Source: Monocercomonoides exilis PA203 (Eukaryota > Protista > Preaxostyla). Taken from it: a stretch of 64,000 nucleotides of DNA. The notes below the pieces were generated by a model. The model did not search any database. It saw nothing but the letters and a program-made list of their open reading frames with translations, and was not told the DNA's origin. Below are positions 13,604 to 25,700 of this stretch, in pieces. The position numbers were made by a program, and so were the translations under genes. The stretch lies in assembly GCA_001643675.2 (NCBI GenBank), contig LSRY02000020.1:496001-560000 (forward strand). The letters run 5' to 3'. Positions within the stretch are counted from its first letter, which is position 1; the number at the start of each line of letters is the position of its first letter.

Positions 13604-16600
13604 ATGACAGAACAACAAAAAGGTCTTGATCCTAATGCAAATGATACGGTTTCTTTTTTATATTTGCTGCAAATATTTTATTTTTTAATTTTAATCTTTA
13701 TTGCCAATTTTTGATAATTTTTTAACAATTGTTCAAATTTGTTTTGCATTATTGCATTTCGGTGTTCTATTTAGCATTCTAATCAACAATTTGTTCCGTC
13801 ATTGCTTTCAAACACGGATAATCTATTATCATCGGTCGACTCTTCATGTTTGACTTTATTTATGTTTTTCCTCTGATTTCAGCTTTGCTTTTCTACTTGT
13901 GCTAATATATCAATAGATAATGGCCCTTTGTCCCCAATGCAGCGGCAGCAATTGCAATCCGAACTGAAAGTTGCGCAACAACGAATTGCATTAATTCATG
14001 ATCAGCATAAACAACTTCAGCAGCAATTGGATCAACTTGAAGCTGTGAACCAAGGACTTCAACTTCAAAGCCAACAGCAACAGGAACTGCTCCAACAGCA
14101 ATACGAGCAGCAATTACAGCAGTTACAATTACAGATAACTCAATCTCAACTGCCTGCAACAGAACAGCAGCAACAGTTTGCAGTTGGGCAACAGCAGCTT
14201 CAGCTTTCTCTTCTGCAGCAGTTGGAGCAGTTAGAAACGCAATTGCAGCAGCAGATCGCACCACTGCAAGTGCAAGCACAAGAAATCAACCAGCAACAAC
14301 TGCTTCTTGAGCAGCAGCTGCCTCCGCTTCAGCAGTACGAGACTGATGCGCTGCAGCTTCTGGGGCTGAAGACGGCCAGCGAAACACCAACCACACCATC
14401 AATGCCAGACTCAATGACGTCATCTGCATTTGCATCGAGTCTGCAGAAGCTGCAGGCGCTATCTGAGCTGGATGAAGTTGGGTCAGGCACACAGTCGTCA
14501 GAGAGGCTGTCAGTAGAAAGAGATGATGGCAGCAAGGCAGGTGGGAGTGTGTATGCGAATAGAGCAGAACAGCCGCTGGGGCTGAGTGGATTGGCAGATG
14601 ATGATGATGCTGTGGATGGCAAAGGAGGAAGATTTGATAGAGTGAAAGGAGATAAAATAGAGGAAAAGGAAGAAGAGCATTGGCAAGTGAATAAGGAAGA
14701 ATCTGGCGAAGAGCAAGAGAACAGAACAGAAAAAGCAAATGTCAGCTCTTTTGAGGCTGAAAAGAATGAAAAGACGCCTCGATCAGTATCTCCACGCTCT
14801 GACCGATCCAGAACAAAAAGTGAGAAAGATGGCTCAACAAGAGAAACCACTCAAAGCAATCAAAAATCTGAAGGAAAAGTTCCATTGAACGATAATTTTA
14901 TGGATGAAAATGAAAAAGATGAGAAAGCGAAGAATGCAGTAGAACCAAAAAAGCAAAACAGCTCAGAAAAAATTGATCAAAAAAGCAATGAAAAATCTTC
15001 ACTCCGTTCAGAATTGAAGCCAACAGGCAAAGCAAAACAGCAATTAACTCCAAAAACGGAGAAATCAAATAATTTCTCCGATGCTGCCAGCGGAGAAATA
15101 GAAAGTGCAAAGCAAGCACCAAACAAAACACCTTCTGTTAAGAGCTCTTCCTCATCAAAAGCATCCAAATCTAATCAACTTCCACACAACACACTTCACT
15201 CCACTTCAGATCAACACATTCAATCACCTTCTTCTTCCTCATCTTCTTCCTCTTCCTCTTCCTCCTCCTCTTCTTCTTCTTCCTCTTCTTCTTCCTCTTC
15301 TTCAGATTCACGTCATTCAAACTCTCTTTCCTCCACAAGCACCCAAATGAACTCTTTGACATCTTCATCCATCACAAATCCTTCTTCTTCTTCTTCTTCT
15401 TTCTCTTCTTCTTACACAAAACAGCCTGACTCCGCAAACACCTCTTTTCTTTCGAATTCTTCTGTTCAAGAAAGCAATAGCTTACCTCCTTCTTCTTCTT
15501 CTTCTAACACGAAATCATCATCACCACATCGCACTTCGCCTTCCCGCCGCGCCAATCGCACAACACACACATCACCTCAGAAAGAGGACTTATTAAACAA
15601 CCAAAAGGAATTAGAAAAAGATAAAGAAAAAGAAAAAGAAAAAGAAAAAGAAAAAGAAAAAGAAAAAGAAAAAGAAAAAGAAAAAGAAAAAGAAAAAGAA
15701 AAAGAAAAAGAAAAAGAAAAAGATCTTATCAAAAATCGCAAAAGTGACAATACCAATTCCAATATAACTGTTAATGCTAATGCTAATGCTAATGCCACAC
15801 CCAAAGGCAAAAGACACAGCATGCGATCTTCACTGAAGATAGTGGCATACACCCCTGTTCCTGTCACTTCTCATCATCTGTCTCCAAAAGGGGATGAAAT
15901 GCTGTCGCCCACAAGAAAGAATAAAAAGAATAAAAAAAGAAGTAATAAATCAATTAGATCTCCTCATTCGAATGCGAATGCTGCTGTTGAGTCAGGATTG
16001 CCTCGTTCTTCTTCAGAAGAGGAGGAGAAAGATGGTTCTGTTTCAAACACAAATGAAACAAAAGAAGGCAAAAAAGGAGGAGGTGAATTTCAAGGGATGC
16101 AGCTGGGTGATTGTGATGCGACGGGAGATAATGAAGACGGGAAGTGGATATTGGATGAGCTGCAAGAAGCAGAAGGACAAAAAGAGAAAGAAAAAGAGAA
16201 AGAGAAAGAGAAAGAACTTCAATCAGAACAATATCAGAACAGTTCATTTGATGACAGATACGACACAGAAATGCACTCCACACAGCACTCACTGCAGCAG
16301 TCTCAATCTCATCTTCTATCTAATTCTCAATCTAATCCTCATTCACAGCCAGCTGATCAGCCACGCACACTCACAGCAATGCGCATGTCTTCCAGTTCAA
16401 TTGGCTCTTCCTCTTCTCTTTTGACTCAACACAGCAGTTCGAATTCTTCTAAGCATCGCACATCTTCCTCTTCCTCCTCTTCCTCCTCTTCCTCCTCTGC
16501 TTCTTCTTCTCTTCCCCCTCGTTCCTCCTCTCCTCTTTCTCCTCTTTCTCCTCATTCTCCATTGGGCTCTTCTCCAAACAGATCTTCCCTCTTCACTGCC

Positions 16601-18457
16601 TCTCGCTCCACCCGCCCTTCCAACACATCCTCCACACGCAGCCCGTACCTCTCTCGTGTTGTGCCTGTCAAATCACCAAAGATGAAGAAGAATCCTGTTA
16701 ATTCTTCTTCTTCTGGTGCTTCTTCGTCTTCTTCTGGTTCTTCTTCTTCTTCTTCATCTTCTCCTTCTCCTCTTCCTTCATCAGGAGCCATCGACCAAAG
16801 AGAACGTCGTTCTGATTCCTTCAAACAGCGCAATTCAGAGAAAGATAAAGAAAGAGAAAGAGAAAGAGAAAAAGAAAAAGAGAGAGAAAGAGAAGAAGAG
16901 CGCTGGCGAGAGCGAGAAAACGGGTGGAACTCCTCCACTTTCCCTACTGCCAGTGCAGAAGGCAGAGCAATGCCACCTGTCCGCTCGTCATTCACACTGG
17001 GCAGTATGCACAGGGCAGACTCAGCCGGCTTTTCGTTCTATTCATCAACGGCATGCAACCAGGGGCAGTTTGGTTCCTCTTCTAATTCTGCTAATGCTTC
17101 TTGTTATGGTGGTGGTGGAGGAGGAAGTGGTGGAGGAAGTGGAAGCATCCAACAGACAGAACAACAGCCAAAGTATCGTTCACAGACATCGCTTTCACAG
17201 CGCTATGGGAAGAGCAACAAGCAGAGAAGAATCGGAAAAAGGAAAGGGAAAAGCAGAGAAAACAAGGAAAAAGGAGAAAGAGAAGGGGAAGGGGAAGGAG
17301 AGGGTGAAGGGGAAGGAGGGGAATATGAAGATGGTGAACAAGTGTGGGAGCTGCCTGACGACAGAAATGTGAAGCTGCCTTCGTGTTCTCAGTCGTCTCG
17401 TGTCTGCACTCCTTCTTCTTCTTCCTCTTCCTCTTCCTTCTCTCCTTCTTCTTCTCCTCACTCCTCTGCCTCTCATCTTCCCCCTCTCCGTTCCACTTCT
17501 TCAATGGCAGCTGCGCCAAGCCACTACAGAACACGCCCATCCACCAGACAGGCATCCACTCAGGGAAGAACATTGACTCCTCCTTCTTCTTCTATCTCCC
17601 CTCCTCTTCTGGCTTCGTCTTCTTCTCCTCCTCTTCCTTCTTATCCTTCTTCTTCTTCTTCTTCTTCTTCTTCTTCTTCTCAATATTCCGCCTACCCTCT
17701 CCTTCAGCAGCGCCGCAGTCAGTTGTATTCCTCCCTGGGCACCCAGCGCACATCTGCCACGTTGTCGTCCGTGTCGATGCAGAAAGAGCAGATGCTGCTG
17801 TCTGCACTGGAGGCCGAGCGAGAGAGGCAGAGGCTGAGAAAGAGGCTGGTGAAGCTGCAGGTGGAGGACGAGCGGGTGTCTGCGTCGATTGGCGTGTGCG
17901 AGAGCCAGTGGAAGGACATCACACAGAAGAGGATGGAGATCAGGAAGGAAAGGAGCAAAGTGATGGATGGGAAGAGGGCGTATCTGCAGCAGAAGGAGCA
18001 GGAGGTGCGGAATATTCAGAGAAAAAGAGAGGAAGACAGACAGAGGGCGCTGGCTGAGCAGGAGCGGGCGCAGCAGATGAAGCAGGAGCAGCGGACGCAG
18101 CTGCGGAGCGAGCTGAGGAGAGCGGAGGAGGAGAAGAGGAGGAAAGGGGAAAAAGATCTGAATGAGAAGAGGAGGCAGAAGGAGATGATAAGTGAGGAGA
18201 AGAGGGAGGCGAGGGAGAGGATTGCAGAGCATAAGCAAAGGGTGATTCTGCAGGCGCTGGAAGGCAAAGAAGAGGAACGGCTGCTGTTGGAGGAGAAGAA
18301 GAGGGAGATCGATGAAGAGGTGGCGTATCTGCTGATGATGACGAGGGAGATGGAGGAGAAAGTGAATAAAAAGCAGAAAGAAGAAGAGAGAATCAAAGAA
18401 AGGCTGGTTGATGTCAAAGGAACAGCGTATCGAACACCGCGTGCTCGGCATAAGTGA
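13604..18457 (+). CDS. Large low-complexity protein: N-terminal Gln-rich coiled coil, Ser-rich disordered middle, C-terminal charged coiled coil; function unknown
   Basis: 1509-aa ORF, plus two short upstream exons starting at ATG 13604 (MTEQQKGLDPNANDT) with GT-AG boundaries. No recognisable globular domain. Confidence 0.65.
15623..15722 (+). repeat. Perfect (AAAGAA)n hexamer microsatellite encoding (KE)n
   Basis: About 16 uninterrupted units, directly visible. Confidence 0.95.
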
Positions 18458-18495
18458 ATGCAGAGCAGTTGTTATTTGAAGTAATTGCTTCAAAT

Positions 18496-18497
<2 letters not shown>

Positions 18498-18529
<32 letters not shown>
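18498..18529 (+). repeat. Poly-T tract about 40 nt after the stop codon (probable U-rich 3' UTR)
   Basis: About 30 consecutive T. Confidence 0.85.
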
Positions 18530-18533
<4 letters not shown>

Positions 18534-19261
18534 TGAAATCAGATGGGCTATATTTTGATTAATTTTATCTGGTTTATAATGTTTCAGTTGATTGAAGAGA
18601 TTAATTGCTGCTTCAAAAAACATTGTATGTATGTTGTGTGTTTTTCTGAAAGCATTCAGATGTTTGTGTTGAATTCATAGTAATTTTTTATTATTTTTTA
18701 TTTTTTATTGGAATTTTTATTTATTCTTATAAATTTCACGTGATTCGCATTGTTTCGTTTGTCTCTTGTTTTTCATCTAAATATTTTCTCAATTTTGCTC
18801 AACCTTAATTGGAGATTAAAGCAATCTTCAATCCACTTTTCAGCATCTGCCAAATATTATGAAATTTTTCAGTTATTAACGTTGAGCAATCCTTCTCCAT
18901 TTTTCTCTTGTTAACGATTTTTACAATGTTTTTTATGTAGATAAAGCAGAATTCGAGGAATCACACTTCTTTCGTTCTTGAATGACAAGATACGTATTAT
19001 CTTTTTGCAAAAAAGTTTTTATTGGTTGAATTAAAAAAACACCATAAATTATTTATTATTTATGATTATTAAGTCAATTACACAGCTCAAAAACGTGAAT
19101 GGGTCAAAAAACGTTGAAAATAAAAAGTGAAAAAAAAAATTCAATCAGCAACGAATATTAATTGGTCGATTGATGATTATTTTCATCGGAAAACATCCGA
19201 AACAAATCTCTCTTCACTATTAAATGGGTCAATAGGAAGACTTCATAACAACAACGCAAAT

Positions 19262-20572
19262 TTAGCAAGGAGGGAACATTCCAAATCTTCTCCACATCTT
19301 CCATGGTCTGTGATGCATCATCATCATTTCTTCAAAGTTCATTTCAGGGGGGCATGGAGGGCATGGAGGGCATGGAGGACAAGGTGGGCACGGTTTGCAG
19401 CAGCAGCATGGAGGCTTGCAGGGACCGCATGGACCGCATGGACCGCATGGACCGCATGGACCGCATGGACCGCATGGACCGCATGGACCACAGGGACCAC
19501 AGGGACCACAGGGACCACAGGGACCACAGGGACCACAGGGTGGGCATGGCATGCCAAATGGTGGCTTGCATGGTCCGAAAGGCTCAAAAGGTGGGCATGG
19601 AGGATGAGGCTTGCAACAGCAGCATGGAGGTTTGCATGGTCCGCAGGGTCCACATGGAGGGCATGGTGGGCAAGGCTTGCACGGTCCACATGGTCCAGGT
19701 GGGCATGGTTTGCAACAGCAGCATGGAGGCTTGCATGGTCCACATGGTTCACAAGGAGGGAAAGGCTTGCATGGTCCACATGGAGGGCAAGGGCATGGAG
19801 GCATGCAACAGCATTTTCCACCGCAGCAAGGTTTCTCGCAAGGCTTCTCGGGGCATGGTCCTTTGCATGGACCGCATGGACCGCATGGTCCACATGGTCC
19901 GCAAGATTCTCCACATGGCTTGGTGCACATCTTATGTGCAAGATAACGACGAATCATCCTTCTCTTGTACCACAAAGCGGTATTGCATGGGAATGGGCAA
20001 GATGGATCACAGCCATCAGGTCCGCAGCATCCTGGACCGCATTTGCATTTATCGCAGCACTTCTTCTTGCAACACTCTTCCTTGCAGCATTCTTCTTTGC
20101 AGCATTTGTCTTTGCAACATTTATCTTTGCATCCGCAGCAGCAATCCTTCTTGCAGCATTCTTCGTCGCATTCTTTTTTCTCACATTTTTCCGAAGAGCA
20201 AGAAGATGACGATGCGGAGCATGAATCTTTTTCTTGGCATCCGCAATCGCATTTTCCTTTGCATGGTTTTGTGCATTTACCCTCACAATCGCATTTGCCC
20301 TTGCATTTGCTATCGCAACAGCATGTCAAAAATATGGTCAAAAGCTTCTTCTCCTTAAACAAATCCATTGCAACTTCAATATCGTTTGAAGTCTTAATTG
20401 TAACAAAATCGCTCTCGCAATCAACATATGTCAGGCAAATTTTCTCCGGTTCTTCAACACCATAAAACTCCGAAATCATTGCACGAAGCTCTTCAATTGT
20501 TGGGGGCTTCTCAACAAGGGTGCGACGAATATCGAAAGTTTTAGTGCAGATAAATTTCAATCCAAAAGACAT
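19262..20572 (-). CDS. PB1-domain protein with metallothionein-like Cys-rich region and Pro/Cys/Gly repeats; intronless
   Basis: The first ~83 aa form a PB1 domain (LKF...DIRR; [25 protein letters not shown]-like motif). They are followed by CC/CxC/CCC clusters, three [12 protein letters not shown] modules and (GPC)13. Confidence 0.85.
   Translation of the reverse strand: MSFGLKFICTKTFDIRRTLVEKPPTIEELRAMISEFYGVEEPEKICLTYVDCESDFVTIKTSNDIEVAMDLFKEKKLLTIFLTCCCDSKCKGKCDCEGKCTKPCKGKCDCGCQEKDSCSASSSSCSSEKCEKKECDEECCKKDCCCGCKDKCCKDKCCKEECCKEECCKKKCCDKCKCGPGCCGPDGCDPSCPFPCNTALWYKRRMIRRYLAHKMCTKPCGESCGPCGPCGPCGPCKGPCPEKPCEKPCCGGKCCCMPPCPCPPCGPCKPFPPCEPCGPCKPPCCCCKPCPPGPCGPCKPCPPCPPCGPCGPCKPPCCCCKPHPPCPPFEPFGPCKPPFGMPCPPCGPCGPCGPCGPCGPCGPCGPCGPCGPCGPCGPCGPCGPCKPPCCCCKPCPPCPPCPPCPPCPPEMNFEEMMMMHHRPWKMWRRFGMFPPC
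19422..19538. repeat. 9-bp tandem repeat: 7x GGACCGCAT followed by 6x GGACCACAG, encoding the Cys-Gly-Pro repeat on the minus strand
   Basis: Two homogeneous blocks of 9-mers, directly visible. Confidence 0.92.
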
Positions 20573-20771
20573 GTTAATTTGTTCCTGTTTGTAATCAAAA
20601 CCAACGGAAAAACAAAACCATATTTGCTTCGCTCGGTAAATATCAATTGTATTGCGAATGTTATATCACGTTGACAGAAAAAAGATAGCTGTTGAACCAT
20701 TGTTATAATTTTTCGTATAATAAGAATAGTTTTCCTCCGAACATTTTTGTGACTTTATTCAAAAAAGAACC

Positions 20772-22495
20772 ATGACAAAAAACATATATGATGGTATCAA
20801 GATCATATCAATTTATGTTATGCTTATTTCACAACTTCTGGATAAAAATGCGAATATTAGCAATATAGCAGAATTTAAATCATTGATTCCTTTGATTTCC
20901 ATGGGACACGTTGAAGATGCACAATCGAATGCAAAATTAATTACTGAATCAAATTTTTTTGATTACTCAAGTCCTGAATTGATTGAAATTTCTGGATCCT
21001 CTTGCAGTTGGAAAACAAATGTATTTTCATTTTGAGTTTTATCAAATCTTCCATGGTATTATGTTTTTAAAATTTTTTCAATGAATTTATATCTAGATAT
21101 TGTTCAGAAAGGCGTTCAAACATCTTATTTTGAATCAAGAGTCCAGGTGTTATTTTATTGGAAATATGTTACAGATAGATGGATTGTCGGCTGTGGCTAA
21201 TAATATGCTATTTGAATGCAGACCTCATGAGAAAGTTGTTGATTGCTTTCATCCATTGCTTGAACAGTATCTGAAAAGGATACAATTCATTCCTTGTTCG
21301 GATTCGTGGAATTTGATAACAGCTTTAAAAACAGTTTGGAGCATGCAAGGAATTTCTTTCTTTTCAAAAGAGAATAATGATGAACAAAGAAAATTCACAA
21401 AACGACAGAAGAAATCTTGCGATGATAAATGTGAAGCTCACACTCGCGACGCTGGGCATTCTTCTTCTTCGGATTCGTGTCAAGAAAGTGAGCAGAATGA
21501 ATTATTCGTTGATAATATGGAATTATCTCAAAATTTTAGCTTCACAGCTTTTGATGGATCAGGAACGCATTTGCAATTGGATTCAGATCAAAAGCAAAGC
21601 ACTTTAATAAGCGTTGACAGCAATGTATCAGTTGATGTGAAGCCTTTGCCCCCTTTTGATGTTTCTTCGGAAAGTGAACATCTTTCTCCAAGAGATATAA
21701 CTTCTGCGCATTTGTTATCTGATTTCTCTGAAATGGCGCCTGCGGATATAATTCCAACGTCTTCTTCAGTTTCATCAACTGAGCCTCAAACAATAGAAGA
21801 TTCTTCTGCATTGCAACTGTTGTTGAACTCTAAGCAAAGTGAAATGCCATCAACCGTTCCATTTAGCGTAGTTGTGATTGATAACATTGATTCAATATTG
21901 TCTTTGCTGTCTGACACTCAAAGTGGAGCTGCTGTTCTTCACAAAGTTCAGCATTTGCTTTTGGAAACTGCACAAAGAGCTAACTGCATGGTCTTGGTTT
22001 GTGTATTTGTTGCATTGTTATTATTGGAATAATTGTTTTTGAAAATGTTCGACTTCGTATTTTTATTGTTATATTGTAAATGTAAAATTGTCATGTATTT
22101 TTTTTTTTCAATTACATTCAGACTTCTACTCATTTCAGCGAGTTTCAAGGAACAGTCAAAATACGTCCAACACCTTTGTGGCATTCAGCTGTGCAGACAA
22201 GATATCTTATCACATCTGCAACTGTTGTTAATGAAGCAACACGTCAGCAGGCTTTGACAACTCAACAGAAAATATCAACATCTCAAAGTGAAGGAAAGGC
22301 AAAGAAAGTACAAATTTCAATGACTTTGGTTAAATCCAGTGATAAGGTTTGTGATCATGATTTGATTGTTTTTTTAAAGAAAATATTGCTTTATTGCGTT
22401 TATGTATTTTGTAATTATCCTATTTATATTGATATGAATCTTTTCAGCCAACACCTCAGGTATTCACAATATCATTGCCAATTCCTCAATCATGA
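20772..22495 (+). CDS. RAD51D: RAD51 paralog, RAD51D-like (4 exons; start at 20772 or 20820)
   Basis: EISGSSCSWKT at the Walker A position, IQFIPCSDSWNL, Walker B VVVIDNI, then WHSAVQTRYLI and LVKSSDK/PT, resembling RAD51D WSFVPSTRILL...LAKSSRQPT. Stop TGA at 22493-22495 after splicing. Confidence 0.6.
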
Positions 22496-22579
22496 TGAGT
22501 TCAATCCAAAATATTTGTAAAAGCTTTTTGTAATGTTTATTTAAAAAATAGATTATGTTCAATTTTGATTTGTAATTAA

Positions 22580-22581
<2 letters not shown>

Positions 22582-22621
<40 letters not shown>
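22582..22621 (+). repeat. About 40-nt poly-T tract between convergent genes
   Basis: Directly visible homopolymer. Confidence 0.9.
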
Positions 22622-22622
<1 letters not shown>

Positions 22623-22744
22623 TTTTATTGTTGAATTTTAAAATAAAAACTGAAAAGAATATTTCTATCAATTATAAATGCAACCTTTTTTTTTTTAATT
22701 CAAAGTAAATAATAATTTTTCTGATCGAAACCCACATCAGAATC

Positions 22745-25700
22745 TCATCCTGGTGAAAAAGGCACCTCAGTTGCTTCGCGTATTATTTTGTTCTTTTTTG
22801 GAGATTTCACTTTCATGTCTGTCAGTCTGTGTTCAGTAACAAGATGCCTGCGAGGGTCAGCAATATCATCAGCATCATTTCTTATTGGCTGTGGTGCAAT
22901 GCCCCCTCCTCTTTTAAGTCTCTTCTCTTCCTCTTTCTCTCTCTTTTTCAGTAGCTCTTTCTCTCTCTCTTTCGCAATCAAGTACAGTCTCCTGTTCTCC
23001 CACTTCAGATTCTCCTCTTCTTGCGCTTGCTTCATCTGCTCTCTGATCTCAACAATCGTCTGCACCGCGGCGCTTCCTGTGGAAGAGAGAGAAGACGCTG
23101 AAGCAGACTGAGTAAATGACTGCTGCCTCTCTTGCACTGGGTGTCTGCTTGGCGAAAAGGGAGAATTCTGAGAGTGAGGAGAAGAAGAAGGAGAAGAAGG
23201 TGAAGGTGAAGAAGAAGGAGAGAAAGTAGAATGAGCTGTGTCTGAGAAAGATGGAGAAGAAGATGCATTTGGTGATCTGAGTGCGTCTCCTGAGGCAATG
23301 ATAGCAGTCGCTGATGGTTTTGATGCAGAAGATGGCTGAGGCATTGAAAAAAGAGAGGAAGAGGAAGAAGAAGAAGAAGAAGAAGAAGACTGATTGTTTT
23401 GAATAGCGTCTTTTGGATTGTTTGTTGTAGAAATTGCAATTGAATCCATATCTAAACACAAATGTGACTGAGCCATTGGAGACGAAGCAAAAGAGTCCAT
23501 ACGAGGCGAAGAAAGGCTGTGTCTGCGTGTGTCAGAGACAGAAGAGGAGCGTCTATGAGGATTGAAGGAATGCAGCGAATGAGGAGACGACGGGGCTGAG
23601 GAGGTGAAAGAGGAAGGAGAAAAAGCACTGGAGAACAAGTCGCGCTTCGAGTGGGAAGGAGAAGGAGACAGAAAAGAAGGGTATGATTGCTCAGTTGTGT
23701 TTGATGACTCGATGTGAGGAGATGGCGAAGGCAGAGGCGAAAGCTCGGCAGATGCTGTTTTGATGAAAAGAGAAGGAGAACTGTCCTTTGTGGATGATGT
23801 GTTGCCTGAAGCAGATGGGATGGCTGCAGGCGATGTGGGGAAAGCAAGCTGCCGAAGAAGCTTCGCATCTTCCAGGTTGATTTCTTTTGGAGTGGAAGAA
23901 AAGGAAGATCGACGGTTAGTCGTTGTTTTGACCTCATCTGCTGCTGAAGCTGATCTTTCGGTGAGTGTTTTGCTTGAAGACGGCTCACTTATTTTGTTGC
24001 TTTGTTTCTTGTTCTCTTTCATTTCTGTCGAAAGATCAGAAGCAATTGACACTGAAACAGAAGGAGGAAACGGCTGTCGATTGGATTGTTGTGGCTTTTG
24101 CATGTTTTGAAGATTTTGTATGTTTTGTATAAGTTCTTCGCTTTCATCTTCACTCTCCTCCATTTCTGGCTTGAATTCTGCTTCAGCCTCAGCTTTTGCC
24201 TGTCGAAATGACATTCTTGTAATACTCTTCCCTTTCACATTTACATTTACATTCCCATTCTTCTTCTTCTTCTTCTTCATTTCATTCATCAATAGCATTT
24301 TCTCTCTCCTCTGTGCCTCGATCTCTTCCGGACTCATCAGCTTCTTCTTCTTTCTCCTTGCCTCTTCCTCAGCTGTCGTCGGAGGAACCAGCGACGCAGT
24401 AAATGCCCCAATCATTGCGTGTCTATCAAACGGCAGCTCGTTCGAAGCAACATCCACTTTCTTCAAGCAAACCTCGTCTTCTGCACAGAAAGTGTCAAAA
24501 AGCGACTCTTTCGATGAAGAAGAGAGGACAGTTGATGAAGATCTTGCTACTGTGGCTGAAGGGACTGATGATAATGGTGGTGCGTGCTGCAGTGCAATAG
24601 ATGAAAGGAGGTCGGGTGATTCTCTTCCATGCATTGCAGTGAAAGAGAGAGAAAGTGGATAGACAGGATGCGAAGAGTGTTTGGCTTGAGTAGGGGAAGA
24701 AGGAGATAAGCTCACAAGAGACGAGTACGGGGTGACGATGGATGAAGTCAGTGATGCTGTTGACGAAGTTAATTGAGAACCAAGAGGATTCAATGCAGCT
24801 GAATTAAGAAGAAGATCTTTTTCCTTCAGCTTTTCAGGCAGGCGTCTTTTGTGGATATGTGCTGAGACAGATTCTCTCATGTATTTCGTGCTTTTGCTTT
24901 CTTTGCCTGTGTTATTGACAACAATCCTGTCAGCCACAACTGAAGAGCGCGGAGTGTGCTGAAAGGAAGGCACCCGCAGCGTTGAGGCAAAAGTGTGTGG
25001 GGTGATGACTGAACGACCCACTTCCAATGAGCTTGGCAGCAAAGCACTGCGACACCTGGCTGGAGGGCACGGCTTCTGTGTGGACGGCAGCTGCAGAGAA
25101 CGGAGTGTGGCCAGAGGAGTGCTGGAAGAAGCAGGTGTGTCTGAAGAGAAGAAATGGACGTTGGAGCGAGTTGACATCAGCTGAGGGGACAGAGGCTGGC
25201 GATGGACATTCGGCGAAAGAGGTCTTTGTGTGGGCGCAGTGAACAGACGAAGCAGAGGCGGTTTTTTGCATCCAAATGAAAAAGATTCTTCTGCTTCAGA
25301 GGCAGCTTCAGTATTTTCATTGAGCAGTGACTCGTCGTCTGCTGTGATGTCTACAACAGGTGTCTTGAGGCGCTCTCTATCACGCAGCGAGCGATTCATC
25401 AGCGTTTTTGCCGCATCATTTGCAGCGAGTGTGGCAGCTGGCACACAAAGAGGCTTCTCCAGCAGAGGGATCATTGGTGGCAGTGGGTGAGAAGGGAGCG
25501 CAGTGGCTGGGCGCATCGTGGCGTTGTAGCGGGCGACGTGTGATTTGGAGGCAGAAGAGTTGCTTTTGCCGGTGAGAAACTGGGGAACATGGTAGCGCGG
25601 GTAGACCAGCTTGGAGACAGCTGAACTGTCTTTGGGGGATAAAGAGTGGTCGGTGGATGGATTGTCGTGTGCGATGGGGTTGTTCAGAATGGAGTCTAAT

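Noticed and set aside
13928-14350. Possible TAA/TAG=Gln genetic code as in some oxymonads
   Set aside because: The Gln-rich region uses CAA/CAG, and conserved genes terminate at TAA, TAG and TGA.
19422-19538. CRISPR-like array
   Set aside because: Contiguous 9-mers without spacers, inside a eukaryotic CDS.
19127-20358. Long antisense ORFs over the PB1/Cys gene (360 aa, 351 aa, and His-rich collagen-like GPH/GPQ frames)
   Set aside because: Expected by-product of TGC/CCA/GGT repeat codons, which rarely create antisense stops. Only the minus frame has a real domain and a proper ATG start.
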